DNA from: Draconibacterium sp.
GTDB lineage: Bacteria > Bacteroidota > Bacteroidia > Bacteroidales > Prolixibacteraceae
DNA: 59,820 bases
NCBI GenBank assembly: GCA_035467235.1
Contig: DATITY010000612.1
Location: forward strand, 1 to 59,820
Direction of reading: 5' to 3'
Shown here: piece by piece, positions 38,108 to 49,147 of the stretch
Layout of the letters: each line of letters starts with the position of its first letter
Numbering within the stretch: the first letter of the stretch is position 1
Notes under the pieces: model-generated
What the model saw: the letters and a program-made list of their open reading frames with translations, nothing else
Databases searched by the model: none
Told to the model about the DNA's origin: nothing
Translations under genes and position numbers: made by a program

Positions 38108-39446
38108 ATTTTATCCCCCGGAACATTCTACCCAGCCTTACTTTTGCAGGAAAACTTCTGTCTTTATCCATAGAAAGCCATATAAATTTTGCCTTTCCAA
38201 CAACATGGTCTTCGGGCACAAAACCCCAGTAACGCGAGTCGAGCGAATTGTGGCGGTTGTCGCCCATCATCCAGTAGTAATCCATTTTGAAAGTGTAGCT
38301 CGCTGCAACCACTCCATTGATTTTTATTTCGCTTCCGTTTACTTCAAGCTTATTCCCTTCGTAAACACTGATTACCCGGCTGTAAAGCGGCAAGTTATCA
38401 ATTGTCAGTTGCATGGTTTTGCCTTTTTCCGGAATTGTAATTGGTCCGAAATTATCGATATTCCATTGAAAATTCTGATTCGAAGGAAAAATATCGGGTT
38501 CCCATATTCCTGGTTCTTTAATATATTTTTCCACAGCTGTAACATTGGCAAATTCCTTTATTTTGCCCACATTTTCTTCAGTCAATGGAAATTCATACTG
38601 TTCGCTTGAATAAACACCGCGGTCATCAACAGCAATTTTTAACTTTTCCAATGCCTTCGGATTTAAAGAAGTTCCATTGGTTTTTACAGTGTATTTATGT
38701 TGCATTCCGGGAATCGTTTTTTGAGGTTTTCCATTCACGAAAAGCTGTCCGCGTTCCATTTTTATTTCATCACCAGGAATTGCCACGCAGCGTTTAATAT
38801 AGTTTTCGCGTTTGTCAACCGGTCGCGAAATGATTTCCCCAAAATTGCGTTTGTCGCTCCAAACCCTGTCGCGGCCATACATCCGGATTAACTGGTAATA
38901 ACTTTGCGCAGGAATGTTCATTGCTACAGTATCACCTTCCGGAAAATGAAAAACAACAACATCATCATTTTTTATTTTGCCAAAACCAGCCATTCTGTGG
39001 TAGGGTTTCTTAATCCATTCAACATACGATTTTGTGCCTTTTGTGAGTGGCATTGTGTTGTGCACGAATGGAAACGACAGCGGAGTGTTTGGTGTTTTCG
39101 GACCATAAGCTGTTTTACTCACAAACAGATAGTCGCCCACCAGCAACGATTTTTCCATCGATGAAGTTGGAATTGTGTATGCTTCGATAAAAAACATACG
39201 GATAAAAGAGGCTGCAATCACAGCAAAAATTATGGCGTCAATCCATTCCACAACCTTTGTTTGTCTTCCGTTTGGAGGATTTTTCTTTTTCCAGAATGCC
39301 CAGTGTACCTTTTCAGTAACATAGATATCGAAAATTACACCAAGGCCAATCAACCACCAGAAATTTCCCAACCAAATTACCCAAAGCAGGTATAAACCGC
39401 CCATGGTACCAAATTTAAACCACTTGTTAGAAAGTAATTCTTTCAT
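38106..39446 (-). CDS. lepB: Signal peptidase I
   Basis: IPTSSME..L.VGD, NYIKRC, MMGDNRHNSLDSRYWGFVP. Confidence 0.95.
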   Translation of the reverse strand: MKELLSNKWFKFGTMGGLYLLWVIWLGNFWWLIGLGVIFDIYVTEKVHWAFWKKKNPPNGRQTKVVEWIDAIIFAVIAASFIRMFFIEAYTIPTSSMEKSLLVGDYLFVSKTAYGPKTPNTPLSFPFVHNTMPLTKGTKSYVEWIKKPYHRMAGFGKIKNDDVVVFHFPEGDTVAMNIPAQSYYQLIRMYGRDRVWSDKRNFGEIISRPVDKRENYIKRCVAIPGDEIKMERGQLFVNGKPQKTIPGMQHKYTVKTNGTSLNPKALEKLKIAVDDRGVYSSEQYEFPLTEENVGKIKEFANVTAVEKYIKEPGIWEPDIFPSNQNFQWNIDNFGPITIPEKGKTMQLTIDNLPLYSRVISVYEGNKLEVNGSEIKINGVVAASYTFKMDYYWMMGDNRHNSLDSRYWGFVPEDHVVGKAKFIWLSMDKDRSFPAKVRLGRMFRGIK

Positions 39447-39462
39447 ATTATATCAGTTTTTT

Positions 39463-40179
39463 TTAAATGTTCAGTAAATCCTGCATGGTAAGAATACCTT
39501 CGTGATCGAGGCAGTATTCAGCAGCGAGAACAGCGCCAAATGCCAAACCTTTGCGGCTTTTGGCACTGTGCGTTATTTCAATGAAATCCACTTCCGATTC
39601 GTATTTAATTGTATGTATTCCGGGCACTTCACCAAGACGTTCCGATTTTATATTCAGTTCATTTTCAGCAGGAGTTTTATCATTCACCCAACTGGTTATG
39701 CCGGGCAATTGATTCAAAATATCTTCGGCCAGACTAATTGCAGTTCCGCTTGGCGCATCCAGTTTTTGTGTGTGGTGCACTTCGGTCATTTCCACTTTGT
39801 ACTCCTTGTGGTTGGCCATCAATCCGGCAAGTTTTCTATTCAATTTGAAAAATAAATTAACACCAACTGAAAAGTTGCTGCTGTAAAAAAATGTACCATT
39901 CATTTCGGTGCATTTTTTAATTACTTCGGCTTTTTGATTTAACCAGCCCGTCGTTCCGCTGACCACCGGAATTCCGGCATCAAAACAAATGTTGTAGTTA
40001 TAAACTGCCGAATGAGGAATTGTAAATTCAATTGCAACATCGCATTTACGAAGATTTTCAACAGTTAAATCCTGTGGATTATTAATATCGATTATCAGGT
40101 TAATTTTGTGTCCGCGTGAAATTGCAATTTTTTCAATTTCCTTACCCATTTTCCCGTAACCGATTAGTGCTAAATTCAT
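39463..40179 (-). CDS. dapB: 4-hydroxy-tetrahydrodipicolinate reductase
   Basis: IGYGKMG, VSGTTG, NFSVGVN, EVHHTQKLDAPSGTA; ATG 40179; minus-strand tatctttg at 40212-40219. Confidence 0.96.
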   Translation of the reverse strand: MNLALIGYGKMGKEIEKIAISRGHKINLIIDINNPQDLTVENLRKCDVAIEFTIPHSAVYNYNICFDAGIPVVSGTTGWLNQKAEVIKKCTEMNGTFFYSSNFSVGVNLFFKLNRKLAGLMANHKEYKVEMTEVHHTQKLDAPSGTAISLAEDILNQLPGITSWVNDKTPAENELNIKSERLGEVPGIHTIKYESEVDFIEITHSAKSRKGLAFGAVLAAEYCLDHEGILTMQDLLNI

Positions 40180-40338
40180 AAAAATATATCCTCCTGCTAA
40201 AATTAAAGGCACAAAGATAAAATATTAACAAAGAAAGCTGCATCCATCAAAAACTAAAAATTATTTCGACAAATGGGAAGAGTTGGGGGATGAACGGGAA
40301 TTTGGTTTACTATCTTTATCAACATAAAATTTTTGTGA

Positions 40339-41481
40339 ATGAGTAAGACTGATAGGGAATTCCAGATTTTTGCCAAACCAGTTTCAGGTGCGTGTAATTT
40401 GCAATGCAGTTATTGCTATTATTCCAGCGAAAACAAAATATTTGTTGATTCTGCCGTTAAGCGAATGGATGATGTTCTGCTCGAAAATTACATCATTCAG
40501 CACATTGAGGCAACAACTGACGATTTAGTAATGTTTTCGTGGCATGGCGGGGAACCAACACTGGCAGGGATTGATTTTTACAGAAAAGCAATCATATTTC
40601 AGAAAAGACATCTTCCGGCAGGAAAAGAACTTATCAATGGCATTCAAACCAATGGAACTCTGCTTAACGATGAATGGTGTAAATTTTTCTCTGAAGAAAA
40701 TTTTTTGGTTGGAATTAGTATTGATGGAACGGAAGAAACCCATAACCAGTTTCGGCTAAAGTTAAATGGGAAAGGTACTTTTAACGATGTTGTAAATGGT
40801 TACATGTTATTACTAAAATATGGAGTTACTGCTGAAATTCTTTGTGTGGTGAATTCCTCGAATGCTAAATACCCCCTGGAAATCTATCATTTTTTCAAAT
40901 CTTTAAAAGCCAGGTACATTACTTTTCTTCCTTTGGTTGAAAGAAAACCTGGTTCGGGAACTGGTGTAACAGATAAAAGTGTTTCGGCTGAAGCATTTGG
41001 GAGTTTTTTAATTCGCATTTTTGATGAGTGGGTTGAAAATGATATCGGAAAAATTGAAGTGCAAATATTTGAAGAAACGCTGCGTTCTGCATTCGACAAG
41101 GAACATACTCTGTGTATTTTTAAAGTCAATTGTGGCGGAGTCCCGGTAATTGAAAGTAATGGTAATTTTTATTCTTGCGATCATTTTGTAAATAAAGAAC
41201 ACCTTTTAGGTAATATTAGCCAAAATTCGATTTCTGATTTTCTCGATAGTCCGGAGCAGGTGGCTTTTGGCGAGCTAAAATCGATAACCCTTCCAAACTC
41301 TTGCAAAAACTGCGAGGTTCTGCCGATGTGTAACGGAGAGTGTCCCAAAAACCGGTTTGTTGAAGCACCATGCGGTGAACCGGGATTGAATTATTTGTGT
41401 GCCGGGTATAAAATGTTTTTTAATCATTGTCTGCCATTTGTTGAAACGATTAGGAGGGCAGCGGCTGAGGGATATCAATAA
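40339..41481 (+). CDS. Anaerobic sulfatase-maturating radical SAM/SPASM enzyme
   Basis: KP..GACNLQCSYCYY, WHGGEP, IQTNG, YSCDHFV, CKNC....CNGECPKNRF, NYLCAGY. Confidence 0.92.
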   Translation: MSKTDREFQIFAKPVSGACNLQCSYCYYSSENKIFVDSAVKRMDDVLLENYIIQHIEATTDDLVMFSWHGGEPTLAGIDFYRKAIIFQKRHLPAGKELINGIQTNGTLLNDEWCKFFSEENFLVGISIDGTEETHNQFRLKLNGKGTFNDVVNGYMLLLKYGVTAEILCVVNSSNAKYPLEIYHFFKSLKARYITFLPLVERKPGSGTGVTDKSVSAEAFGSFLIRIFDEWVENDIGKIEVQIFEETLRSAFDKEHTLCIFKVNCGGVPVIESNGNFYSCDHFVNKEHLLGNISQNSISDFLDSPEQVAFGELKSITLPNSCKNCEVLPMCNGECPKNRFVEAPCGEPGLNYLCAGYKMFFNHCLPFVETIRRAAAEGYQ

Positions 41482-41510
41482 AAAAAGGACGGGTCAGCAC
41501 CCATCCTTTT
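41480..41510 (+). terminator. Intrinsic terminator-like hairpin
   Basis: aaaaggacgggt-cagc-acccatcctttt. Confidence 0.65.
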
Positions 41511-41748
41511 CACTAACTAAACCAATAAAACTAATCAAACCTAAACTTATGAACTAAAACTTTGAGTCAAAAATAGAGGTTATCTGCCAAACCGACGTTA
41601 ACTCAATGTTAAAAAATGTGTTTTACAGCATATCTTAATCTAATGTTAATTCATTTAAATTTTTTATGTCAAAAGGAATTCATTTATAATTAAAAAAGCC
41701 TTCCAGTTAAATCCAAAAAGGCTTTTTAAAAAACTATACTGAATTAAG

Positions 41749-42723
41749 TTAAGTACTTTTCTTTTCTTCTGCTGCAATTGAATCGCGCATCGCAGTATCC
41801 GCCATTATATTTTTGTATTTCATATAATCCATTATCCCCAGGTTTCCATTTCTGAATGCTTCGGCAATTGCCATTGGAATTTTTGCTTCCGCTTCAATTA
41901 CTTTGGCTTTCATTTCCTGCGCTTTGGCAATCATTTCCTGTTCAAGCGCAACAGCCATTGAGCGGCGTTCTTCTGCTTTTGCCTGTGCAATATTTTTGTC
42001 GGCTTCGGCCTGGTCCATCTGCAATGCAGCTCCAATATTTTTACCGATATCTATATCTGCAATATCAATCGAAAGAATTTCGAACGCTGTACCTGCATCC
42101 AAACCTTTTTCCAAAACAACACGCGAAATAAAATCTGGATTTTCGAGTACCGATTTGTGTGAGTGCGAAGATCCAATCGATGAAACAATTCCTTCACCAA
42201 CACGGGCAAGAACGGTTTCTTCACCGGCACCTCCCACCAATTGTTTAATATTTGCACGAACGGTAACACGGGCTTTTGCAATTAACTGAATACCGTCTTT
42301 AGAAACCGCAGTTACCGGCGGAGTATTAATTACTTTCGGATTAACTGACATTTGAACGGCTTCGAAAACATCACGTCCTGCAAGGTCGATGGCAGTTGCC
42401 ATATTAAAAGTAAGATCGATGTTTGCTTTAGCAGCAGAAACCAATGCATGAACTACTCTTGCAACATGACCGCCTGCTAGAAAATGCGCTTCAAGTGCAT
42501 CGCGGTTTAACGGAACTCCCGCTTTGGTACCTTCAATTAATGCACGTACAATTACTCCCGGTGGCACTTTTCTGAAACGCATTAAAAACAGTTGTAAGAG
42601 CGAAATTTTCACACCCGATACCAGCGCAGAAAACCAAAGCCCAATTGGAATGAAGTACAGCATTATAATAAGTAACACTATCACTCCAATTACTAATCCT
42701 AAAAAACCGACTGATTCAATCAT
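41749..42723 (-). CDS. floA: Flotillin-like protein FloA (UPF0365/YqfA)
   Basis: [46 protein letters not shown]. Confidence 0.93.
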   Translation of the reverse strand: MIESVGFLGLVIGVIVLLIIMLYFIPIGLWFSALVSGVKISLLQLFLMRFRKVPPGVIVRALIEGTKAGVPLNRDALEAHFLAGGHVARVVHALVSAAKANIDLTFNMATAIDLAGRDVFEAVQMSVNPKVINTPPVTAVSKDGIQLIAKARVTVRANIKQLVGGAGEETVLARVGEGIVSSIGSSHSHKSVLENPDFISRVVLEKGLDAGTAFEILSIDIADIDIGKNIGAALQMDQAEADKNIAQAKAEERRSMAVALEQEMIAKAQEMKAKVIEAEAKIPMAIAEAFRNGNLGIMDYMKYKNIMADTAMRDSIAAEEKKST

Positions 42724-43198
42724 TTTTTTCTTCTTTTATTGGTTCAACAATTATTTTATTCAATTGTATTTTAATTATTCTGATATCCGTTTGATGGTCG
42801 ATAAAAGTACCGGTTGACTGTGCTTCAACAACTTCTCCATTTACCCTGATTTTACCCATCGGTGCCAAACGGCCGATTGTTTTTCCGATATCTCCGACTT
42901 TTAATTTATCATGGCTGAAATTCTCCACCTTTCCATCGATTTCTGATTCAAGAATCATTTTTTTCCCAGCCCTCGATTTGAATAAATAGTAAATCATTAT
43001 GGGCGACGCAATTAAAACTACTGCCAAAGTAATAAATCCGGCAACTGTTCCCAAATCCGAAAAAGCGATATAAACACTGGCGGCAAGAAGAAGAAATCCC
43101 CCGATACCGGCAATTGTAACTCCCGGAATAACTGCAAACTCAATAAGAAGTAATACAAGTCCGAGAATTATCAGTAAAACAATGGCGAGTAAACTCAT
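42716..43198 (-). CDS. NfeD-family membrane protein
   Basis: Three TM helices ([12 protein letters not shown]) plus OB-fold tail ([11 protein letters not shown]); adjacent to floA. Confidence 0.87.
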   Translation of the reverse strand: MSLLAIVLLIILGLVLLLIEFAVIPGVTIAGIGGFLLLAASVYIAFSDLGTVAGFITLAVVLIASPIMIYYLFKSRAGKKMILESEIDGKVENFSHDKLKVGDIGKTIGRLAPMGKIRVNGEVVEAQSTGTFIDHQTDIRIIKIQLNKIIVEPIKEEKND

Positions 43199-43199
43199 G

Positions 43200-43478
43200 T
43201 CAATCAATTGTAGCGTTAAGGTTTCTTTCGATTAAGGCTTCTTTTAAAGGTTTTAAGGTTTTAAATCCTCCCTTTTTTACATCACATTTTCCCTTGTAAT
43301 GGGTAATTAATGTGCATTGTGATGCCTGTTCGAAAGTGTGTTCGCAAATTTCAATCAGTGCATGAGTAACATACTCAAACGAGTGCACATCGTCGTTGTG
43401 CAAAATCAGAAAATTGTCTTCAGCAGAATCATTGTTGAAATTTTCTGTTGGTTTTCTTTTAGTCTCTTTTGATGTCAT
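43200..43478 (-). CDS. clpS: ATP-dependent Clp protease adaptor ClpS
   Basis: LILHNDDVHSFEYV, QASQCTLITHYKGKC. Confidence 0.9.
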   Translation of the reverse strand: MTSKETKRKPTENFNNDSAEDNFLILHNDDVHSFEYVTHALIEICEHTFEQASQCTLITHYKGKCDVKKGGFKTLKPLKEALIERNLNATID

Positions 43479-44968
43479 TTCTCTTTTTCAATTTCTTTTG
43501 CTTGTTCCAAAGTTATTCTTTTTCCGTTCAAATAGGCTGCAATTATTGGATCTTTTATTCCTTCCTGCCTGATTTGATTTTGCATTACAACTGCATCTTC
43601 ATAATTTGAAAGATTTCCGGTGGTATAAACAACTACGCCTTTTTCATCGGTGTAGTTTTCTACTTTTCTTATTACTGATATTTTACTGAAAACCGGTTTC
43701 AGGTTGTTTGGAATTCCACGGCTGTAGGCTCCAAGTTGTATTTTGTAAACAATTCCCGATGGTTTTGATTTCGGGGTTGATCGTTCGGCAGCCCGATCAT
43801 CAATAATAACTGGAGGAATAATCAGTTCAGGAGAGTCAGAAATGGTCACAGCCTGAATAGTATTTTTATTATTTAATTCCTGCGCAGTAGCGCTTAATTC
43901 GTTTATAAATCTTTCCGTTTCCTCAGGGGTAGCATTTTGCCAGTAACCGTTTTCGACGGATTTTGCCTGCAAAAACAGTTGGTCCACAACGCTTTTTAAT
44001 TCATAGGTCTGGCTTTCCAACGCAAGTATTTTTTGACCGAGTGAGTCTTTTTCCGAATACGATTTTGATGTTTTATATTTACCGCGAAGGTTTTCGGTTT
44101 CTTTTACAATTTCTTCTAATTCTTTTTGTTTTAGGGTTCCTTCCTTAAAATATATTTTTCCTTCTTCGGTTTTAAAATTGGAAACAAGGATATAAGTGAT
44201 TTCATCATTAATATTGAATTCAATTTGTTCTTCAACAGGCTCAGGTTGCACAATTTCCGACTTTGAAATTTCTTCAGCATTTTGGTCAGATACAATAACC
44301 GAGCTGTCAATTTCCAAACGAAGTGCCTGCTCTGTAATTACCAAAATGGTGTCTTCAGTGGTTTTAATTATTGTTGAATCAATTAAATTGGGTTGTGGGG
44401 CTGGAAGAATTTCATCAGCTGTTTCGATAGTTTCAACTGCAACTGCCTCAATTCCAGTTGCTGCAACAGCGGGAACGACAGTATCAACTGACTGTTCAAC
44501 TGTTTCAGAAGTTTTAAACGGATTAATTTTGTTTGAACATTGTTCTATTTTCAAACTTAAATTTACCCTTTCCTGGTCGTTTTCGCTTGCAGCTGTTTTG
44601 TAAAGTTTGTAAAATGCCAGTGCTTTTTCCCATTGGTTTTTGGCATGATACTGAACTCCAAGATAGTAATCAATATTCAACGGCGTAACTTCTTTGCTTG
44701 CTTTTTCCAGATAGAACAAATCCTGGTCAGAATAATGACCGTTTTCAGTGCGACAGGCTCCGTAAAAATAATTGACCATAAAATCATCGGGCCGTTGATC
44801 AAGTATTTTTTTGAAAAGAGGTTCCGCTTCAGAAAATTTTTCTTTATCAAATAATAAAATGGCTTTTGTAAGCGGATTTTCCTGAAATGATTCTGCATTG
44901 GACCATTTCGGTGCAAACAAAAGGAGAAATATTATTGTTGAAAACGATATTAGTGATTTAAGCTGCAT
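43475..44968 (-). CDS. TPR protein with C-terminal SPOR-like domain
   Basis: Signal peptide, N-terminal TPRs, low-complexity linker, YKIQLGAY...IRQEGIKDPIIAAYLNG; start uncertain. Confidence 0.72.
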   Translation of the reverse strand: MQLKSLISFSTIIFLLLFAPKWSNAESFQENPLTKAILLFDKEKFSEAEPLFKKILDQRPDDFMVNYFYGACRTENGHYSDQDLFYLEKASKEVTPLNIDYYLGVQYHAKNQWEKALAFYKLYKTAASENDQERVNLSLKIEQCSNKINPFKTSETVEQSVDTVVPAVAATGIEAVAVETIETADEILPAPQPNLIDSTIIKTTEDTILVITEQALRLEIDSSVIVSDQNAEEISKSEIVQPEPVEEQIEFNINDEITYILVSNFKTEEGKIYFKEGTLKQKELEEIVKETENLRGKYKTSKSYSEKDSLGQKILALESQTYELKSVVDQLFLQAKSVENGYWQNATPEETERFINELSATAQELNNKNTIQAVTISDSPELIIPPVIIDDRAAERSTPKSKPSGIVYKIQLGAYSRGIPNNLKPVFSKISVIRKVENYTDEKGVVVYTTGNLSNYEDAVVMQNQIRQEGIKDPIIAAYLNGKRITLEQAKEIEKEK

Positions 44969-45123
44969 AACTGAGTTCAAACATTGTTCAGGGTAAAAAT
45001 ACAAAAAAAATAGTGCCTCAAAGAAATTTTCAAACCCATTTCGAACAATAATTATGAATAGGAAATAAGCTGAGATTTATCATTAATAACATATATTTGT
45101 AAAATTTTAAAACCAGATTAATT

Positions 45124-45588
45124 ATGGCAAAATTTGCAGCAGGCGATAAAGCTCCCATGTTTGAAGGAGTAAATCAGAACGGGAAAAAAATCAGTTTAAA
45201 TGATTTTAAGGGTAAAAAACTTATTCTTTATTTTTATCCGAAAGACAATACTCCGGGTTGTACAGCCGAGTCGTGTAACCTGAACGATAATTACGAAATG
45301 TGGCTGAAAAAGGGTTATGAAGTTGTTGGGGTGAGTCCCGATGATGAAAAGTCTCACTTGAAATTCATCGATAAATTCGGTTTGAAATTCAACCTGATTG
45401 CCGACACTAAAACTGAAATTTTGGAAACATTCGGAGTCTGGGGCGAAAAAAGCATGTATGGCAAAAAGTACATGGGAGTACTCAGAACTACTTATGTAAT
45501 AGATGAAAACGGCATTATTGAAGCGGTATTCGAGAAAGTCGACACAGGTAATCATACAAAACAAATTATAGAAGCGTTAAATATTTAA
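45124..45588 (+). CDS. bcp: Thioredoxin-dependent thiol peroxidase Bcp
   Basis: YFYPKDNTPGCTAESC; tatatttg promoter element at 45092-45099. Confidence 0.95.
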   Translation: MAKFAAGDKAPMFEGVNQNGKKISLNDFKGKKLILYFYPKDNTPGCTAESCNLNDNYEMWLKKGYEVVGVSPDDEKSHLKFIDKFGLKFNLIADTKTEILETFGVWGEKSMYGKKYMGVLRTTYVIDENGIIEAVFEKVDTGNHTKQIIEALNI

Positions 45589-45600
45589 CCTCAACAAATC

Positions 45601-46626
45601 ATGACAAAAGACGAAAAATTGGAAGTGAACAAAGAGAAGCTGAAGGCACTTCAGCTCACAATGGATAAAATTGAAAAAAGCTACGGAAAAGGATCTATAA
45701 TGCGCCTTGGCGACCGCGTTGTGGATGAAGTTGCTGCAATTTCATCGGGCTCAATTGCCTTGGATGTTGCTTTGGGAATTGGCGGATATCCAAAAGGCAG
45801 GGTAATTGAAATTTTCGGACCTGAATCTTCGGGAAAAACAACCCTGGCCATTCATGCCATTGCCGAAGCTCAAAAAGCCGGAGGCATTGCTGCAATAGTG
45901 GATGCGGAACATGCTTTCGACCCGTATTATGCAAAAAATCTTGGAGTAAACATCGATGAATTGCTGATTTCACAGCCCGACAACGGTGAGCAGGCTTTGG
46001 AAATTGTTGATAGCCTTATCCGTTCCGGAGCAATTGATATTGTTGTTATCGACTCGGTGGCAGCACTTACTCCAAAAGCTGAACTTGAAGGCGAAATGGG
46101 TGATTCGAAAATGGGTTTGCAAGCCCGCTTAATGTCGCAGGCTCTTCGTAAGCTTACTGCCAACATCAGTAAAACAAAAACCTGTTGCATTTTTATAAAC
46201 CAGTTGCGTGAAAAAATCGGTGTGATGTTCGGAAATCCTGAAACCACCACCGGAGGAAATGCTTTGAAATTTTATGCATCAGTTCGTTTGGATATCAGGA
46301 AGATTGGTCAGGTGAAAGATGGCGAAGAAGTTCAGGGTAACAATGTTCGCGTGAAAGTGGTGAAAAACAAGGTAGCACCGCCATTCCGTAAGGCTGAATT
46401 TGATATTATGTACGGCGAAGGAATTTCAAAATCAGGCGAAATTGTCGATTTGGGAGTTCAATACAATGTTATCAAAAAAAGCGGATCGTGGTTTAGTTAT
46501 GGTGAAACAAAACTGGGACAAGGACGCGATACAGTGCGCAGATTAATTATGGATAACCCGGAACTGGCGAAGGAATTGGAAGTTAAGATTGTGGAGTCGA
46601 TTACCTCAAAAACTACGCTTGTATAA
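45601..46626 (+). CDS. recA: Recombinase A
   Basis: [40 protein letters not shown]. Confidence 0.98.
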   Translation: MTKDEKLEVNKEKLKALQLTMDKIEKSYGKGSIMRLGDRVVDEVAAISSGSIALDVALGIGGYPKGRVIEIFGPESSGKTTLAIHAIAEAQKAGGIAAIVDAEHAFDPYYAKNLGVNIDELLISQPDNGEQALEIVDSLIRSGAIDIVVIDSVAALTPKAELEGEMGDSKMGLQARLMSQALRKLTANISKTKTCCIFINQLREKIGVMFGNPETTTGGNALKFYASVRLDIRKIGQVKDGEEVQGNNVRVKVVKNKVAPPFRKAEFDIMYGEGISKSGEIVDLGVQYNVIKKSGSWFSYGETKLGQGRDTVRRLIMDNPELAKELEVKIVESITSKTTLV

Positions 46627-46651
46627 ATATATTATATAAAAAGACAGTGAT

Positions 46652-46691
46652 ACTGGGTGAACCGCTTCTGTCGATTCATCCAGTTTTTTTT
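46652..46691 (+). terminator. Terminator hairpin between recA and thrA
   Basis: actgggtgaa...ttcatccagt followed by a T-run. Confidence 0.7.
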
Positions 46692-46711
46692 AACAACATA
46701 CAAAAGTCGAA

Positions 46712-49132
46712 ATGAAAGTTTTAAAATTTGGCGGAACATCCGTTGGCACTGCTGAAAACATTAGAAAAGTTAAAAGTATTGTAGAAAGTCAGACTGACAA
46801 TGTTATTGTGGTAGTTTCTGCTCTTGGTGGAATTACTGACAAAATATTGACAGCAGCATACAATGCGTCAAAAGGGGCAGGCGACTTTCATGCCGATTTA
46901 TACGAAATAAAAAAACGACACGAGGAAGTTATACACTCGCTTTTTAATGGTTCCGGCTCCATAAAAAAAATTGTTGACGCGCTTTTGGATGAACTTGAAC
47001 AAATTTTAACCGGAATAACCCTTGTTGGTGAATTAACGGCCAAAACGCTCGACCGGATTGCCGGAATTGGTGAGCGGATTTCATCGCAAATTGTAGCTCA
47101 GTTTATTGGTGCCAGGCGATTTGATTCTTCTGAATTTATCAGGACCGACAGTAATTTTGGAAAGGCAGCAGTTGATTTTGCCGTTACCAATATAAATATT
47201 CAGGATGTTTTTTCTGGTTTTAAGGGAATTGCTGTTGTTCCGGGTTTTATTTCGAAAAATGCCAAAGGTGAATATACAACTATTGGCAGGGGAGGTTCTG
47301 ATTACACCGCAGCTATTATTTCTGCTGCGCTGAATGTTGAAATTCTTGAAATCTGGACCGACGTAAATGGGTTTATGACTGCCGATCCACGGATAATCAG
47401 TAAAGCATATACCATACCCGAATTGACTTATTCGGAGGCGATGGAATTATCTCATTTTGGTGCCAAAGTAATTTATCCGCCAACAATTCTGCCGGTTTAT
47501 AAAAAGCAAATCCCAATTCTGATAAAGAATACTTTCGAACCTGAAAATCCGGGGACACGTATTTCGCACAGTGTTGCAAATGGAACAGATAGAATAATTA
47601 AGGGTATTTCATCGATTTCGGGAATAGCACTGGTTACATTACAGGGAATTGGAATGGTTGGTGTTACCGGAATTTCAATGCGTTTATTTACTGCACTTGC
47701 CCGGGAAAATGTGAATGTGATTCTTATTTCACAGGCATCATCTGAAAACTCTATTAGTATTGCTATTGAAGAAAAAGCAGTTGAGATAGCAAATAACGCC
47801 ATTCAGAATGATTTTGAAAAGGAAATCTTAAACGGACAAATTAACAAAGTTGCCATTGAAACCGATTTGTCAATTGTGGCAATTGTTGGCGAAAACATGA
47901 AGCATTCTACCGGGATTGCAGGAAAGCTTTTTTCGACAATGGGCAAAAGCGGGGTGAATATTATTGCAATTGCACAGGGAGCTTCCGAATTAAATATTTC
48001 CTGGGTTGTTCGGAATGATGTTTTGCGTAAAGCATTGAACGTTGTGCATGAATCATTTTTCCTCTCGGAAAATATTGAATTGAATGTGTTTTTAATGGGA
48101 ATTGGAACTGTTGGCGGAAATCTGCTTCAACAGTTGTATAAACAACAGGAAAGATTACTCAGGGAAAAACACCTGAAAATAAAACTGACAGGAGTTGCAA
48201 ATTCGCGCAAAATGGTGTTTAACCGCGATGGAATTGATATTAACACGTTTAAGGAAATCCTTGATAAATCTGAAAAAATATCCTCCTTGCAAGGATTTGC
48301 CAACGAAATAAAAGCAATGAATATTTATAACTCGGTGTTTGTTGATTGCACAGCTTCTGATTTGGTGGCTACCATTTATAAAGATATTCTCCGTTCAAAT
48401 ATTTCAATAGTTACCGCCAACAAAGCTGCAGCTTCATCAGAATATAAAAACTATGCTGAAATCAAAAAAATAGCCAAACAAAAAGGAGTGAAATTTCTAT
48501 TCGAAACCAATGTTGGAGCGGGTTTGCCAATTATTAACACTTTAAACGATTTGGTAAATTCGGGCGATAAAATTCTAAAAATTGAAGCCGTTCTTTCGGG
48601 CACATTGAATTATATTTTCAATACAATTTCGGATGATATTCCTTTGAGCAAAACCATTAAAATGGCAAAAGACGAAGGTTATTCAGAACCAGATCCGCGA
48701 ATTGATTTAAGTGGTGTGGATGTAGCCAGAAAAGTGCTGATTCTCGCACGCGAATCGGGTTATGAAATTGAAATGGATGAAATTCAGATTAATCGCTTTA
48801 TTCCCGATTCTTTTTTTGAAGGAACACTTGATGATTTTTGGAAAAACATTTCACAACTTGACAGCGATTTTGAACAAAAACGAAAAAAGCTGGCAGTTGA
48901 GAATAAAAGATGGCGGTTTGTTGCCAGGTTCGAAAACGGAATCGCAGAAGTGGGTTTACAGGAAGTGGATTTAAAACATCCGTTTTTCGATTTGGAAGGA
49001 AGCAATAACCTGGTGATGTACACCACCGAAAGATATAATCAATTTCCGATGCTTATTAAAGGATACGGTGCAGGCGCTTCTGTTACTGCGGCAGGAGTTT
49101 TTGCCGATTTAATCAAGGTTTCCAATATTTAA
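46712..49132 (+). CDS. thrA: Bifunctional aspartate kinase/homoserine dehydrogenase I
   Basis: KFGGTSV, GRGGSDYTA, two ACT domains, GIGTVG, ETNVGAGLP, GYGAG. Confidence 0.97.
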   Translation: MKVLKFGGTSVGTAENIRKVKSIVESQTDNVIVVVSALGGITDKILTAAYNASKGAGDFHADLYEIKKRHEEVIHSLFNGSGSIKKIVDALLDELEQILTGITLVGELTAKTLDRIAGIGERISSQIVAQFIGARRFDSSEFIRTDSNFGKAAVDFAVTNINIQDVFSGFKGIAVVPGFISKNAKGEYTTIGRGGSDYTAAIISAALNVEILEIWTDVNGFMTADPRIISKAYTIPELTYSEAMELSHFGAKVIYPPTILPVYKKQIPILIKNTFEPENPGTRISHSVANGTDRIIKGISSISGIALVTLQGIGMVGVTGISMRLFTALARENVNVILISQASSENSISIAIEEKAVEIANNAIQNDFEKEILNGQINKVAIETDLSIVAIVGENMKHSTGIAGKLFSTMGKSGVNIIAIAQGASELNISWVVRNDVLRKALNVVHESFFLSENIELNVFLMGIGTVGGNLLQQLYKQQERLLREKHLKIKLTGVANSRKMVFNRDGIDINTFKEILDKSEKISSLQGFANEIKAMNIYNSVFVDCTASDLVATIYKDILRSNISIVTANKAAASSEYKNYAEIKKIAKQKGVKFLFETNVGAGLPIINTLNDLVNSGDKILKIEAVLSGTLNYIFNTISDDIPLSKTIKMAKDEGYSEPDPRIDLSGVDVARKVLILARESGYEIEMDEIQINRFIPDSFFEGTLDDFWKNISQLDSDFEQKRKKLAVENKRWRFVARFENGIAEVGLQEVDLKHPFFDLEGSNNLVMYTTERYNQFPMLIKGYGAGASVTAAGVFADLIKVSNI

Positions 49133-49147
49133 TTTAAAAAACAATTG

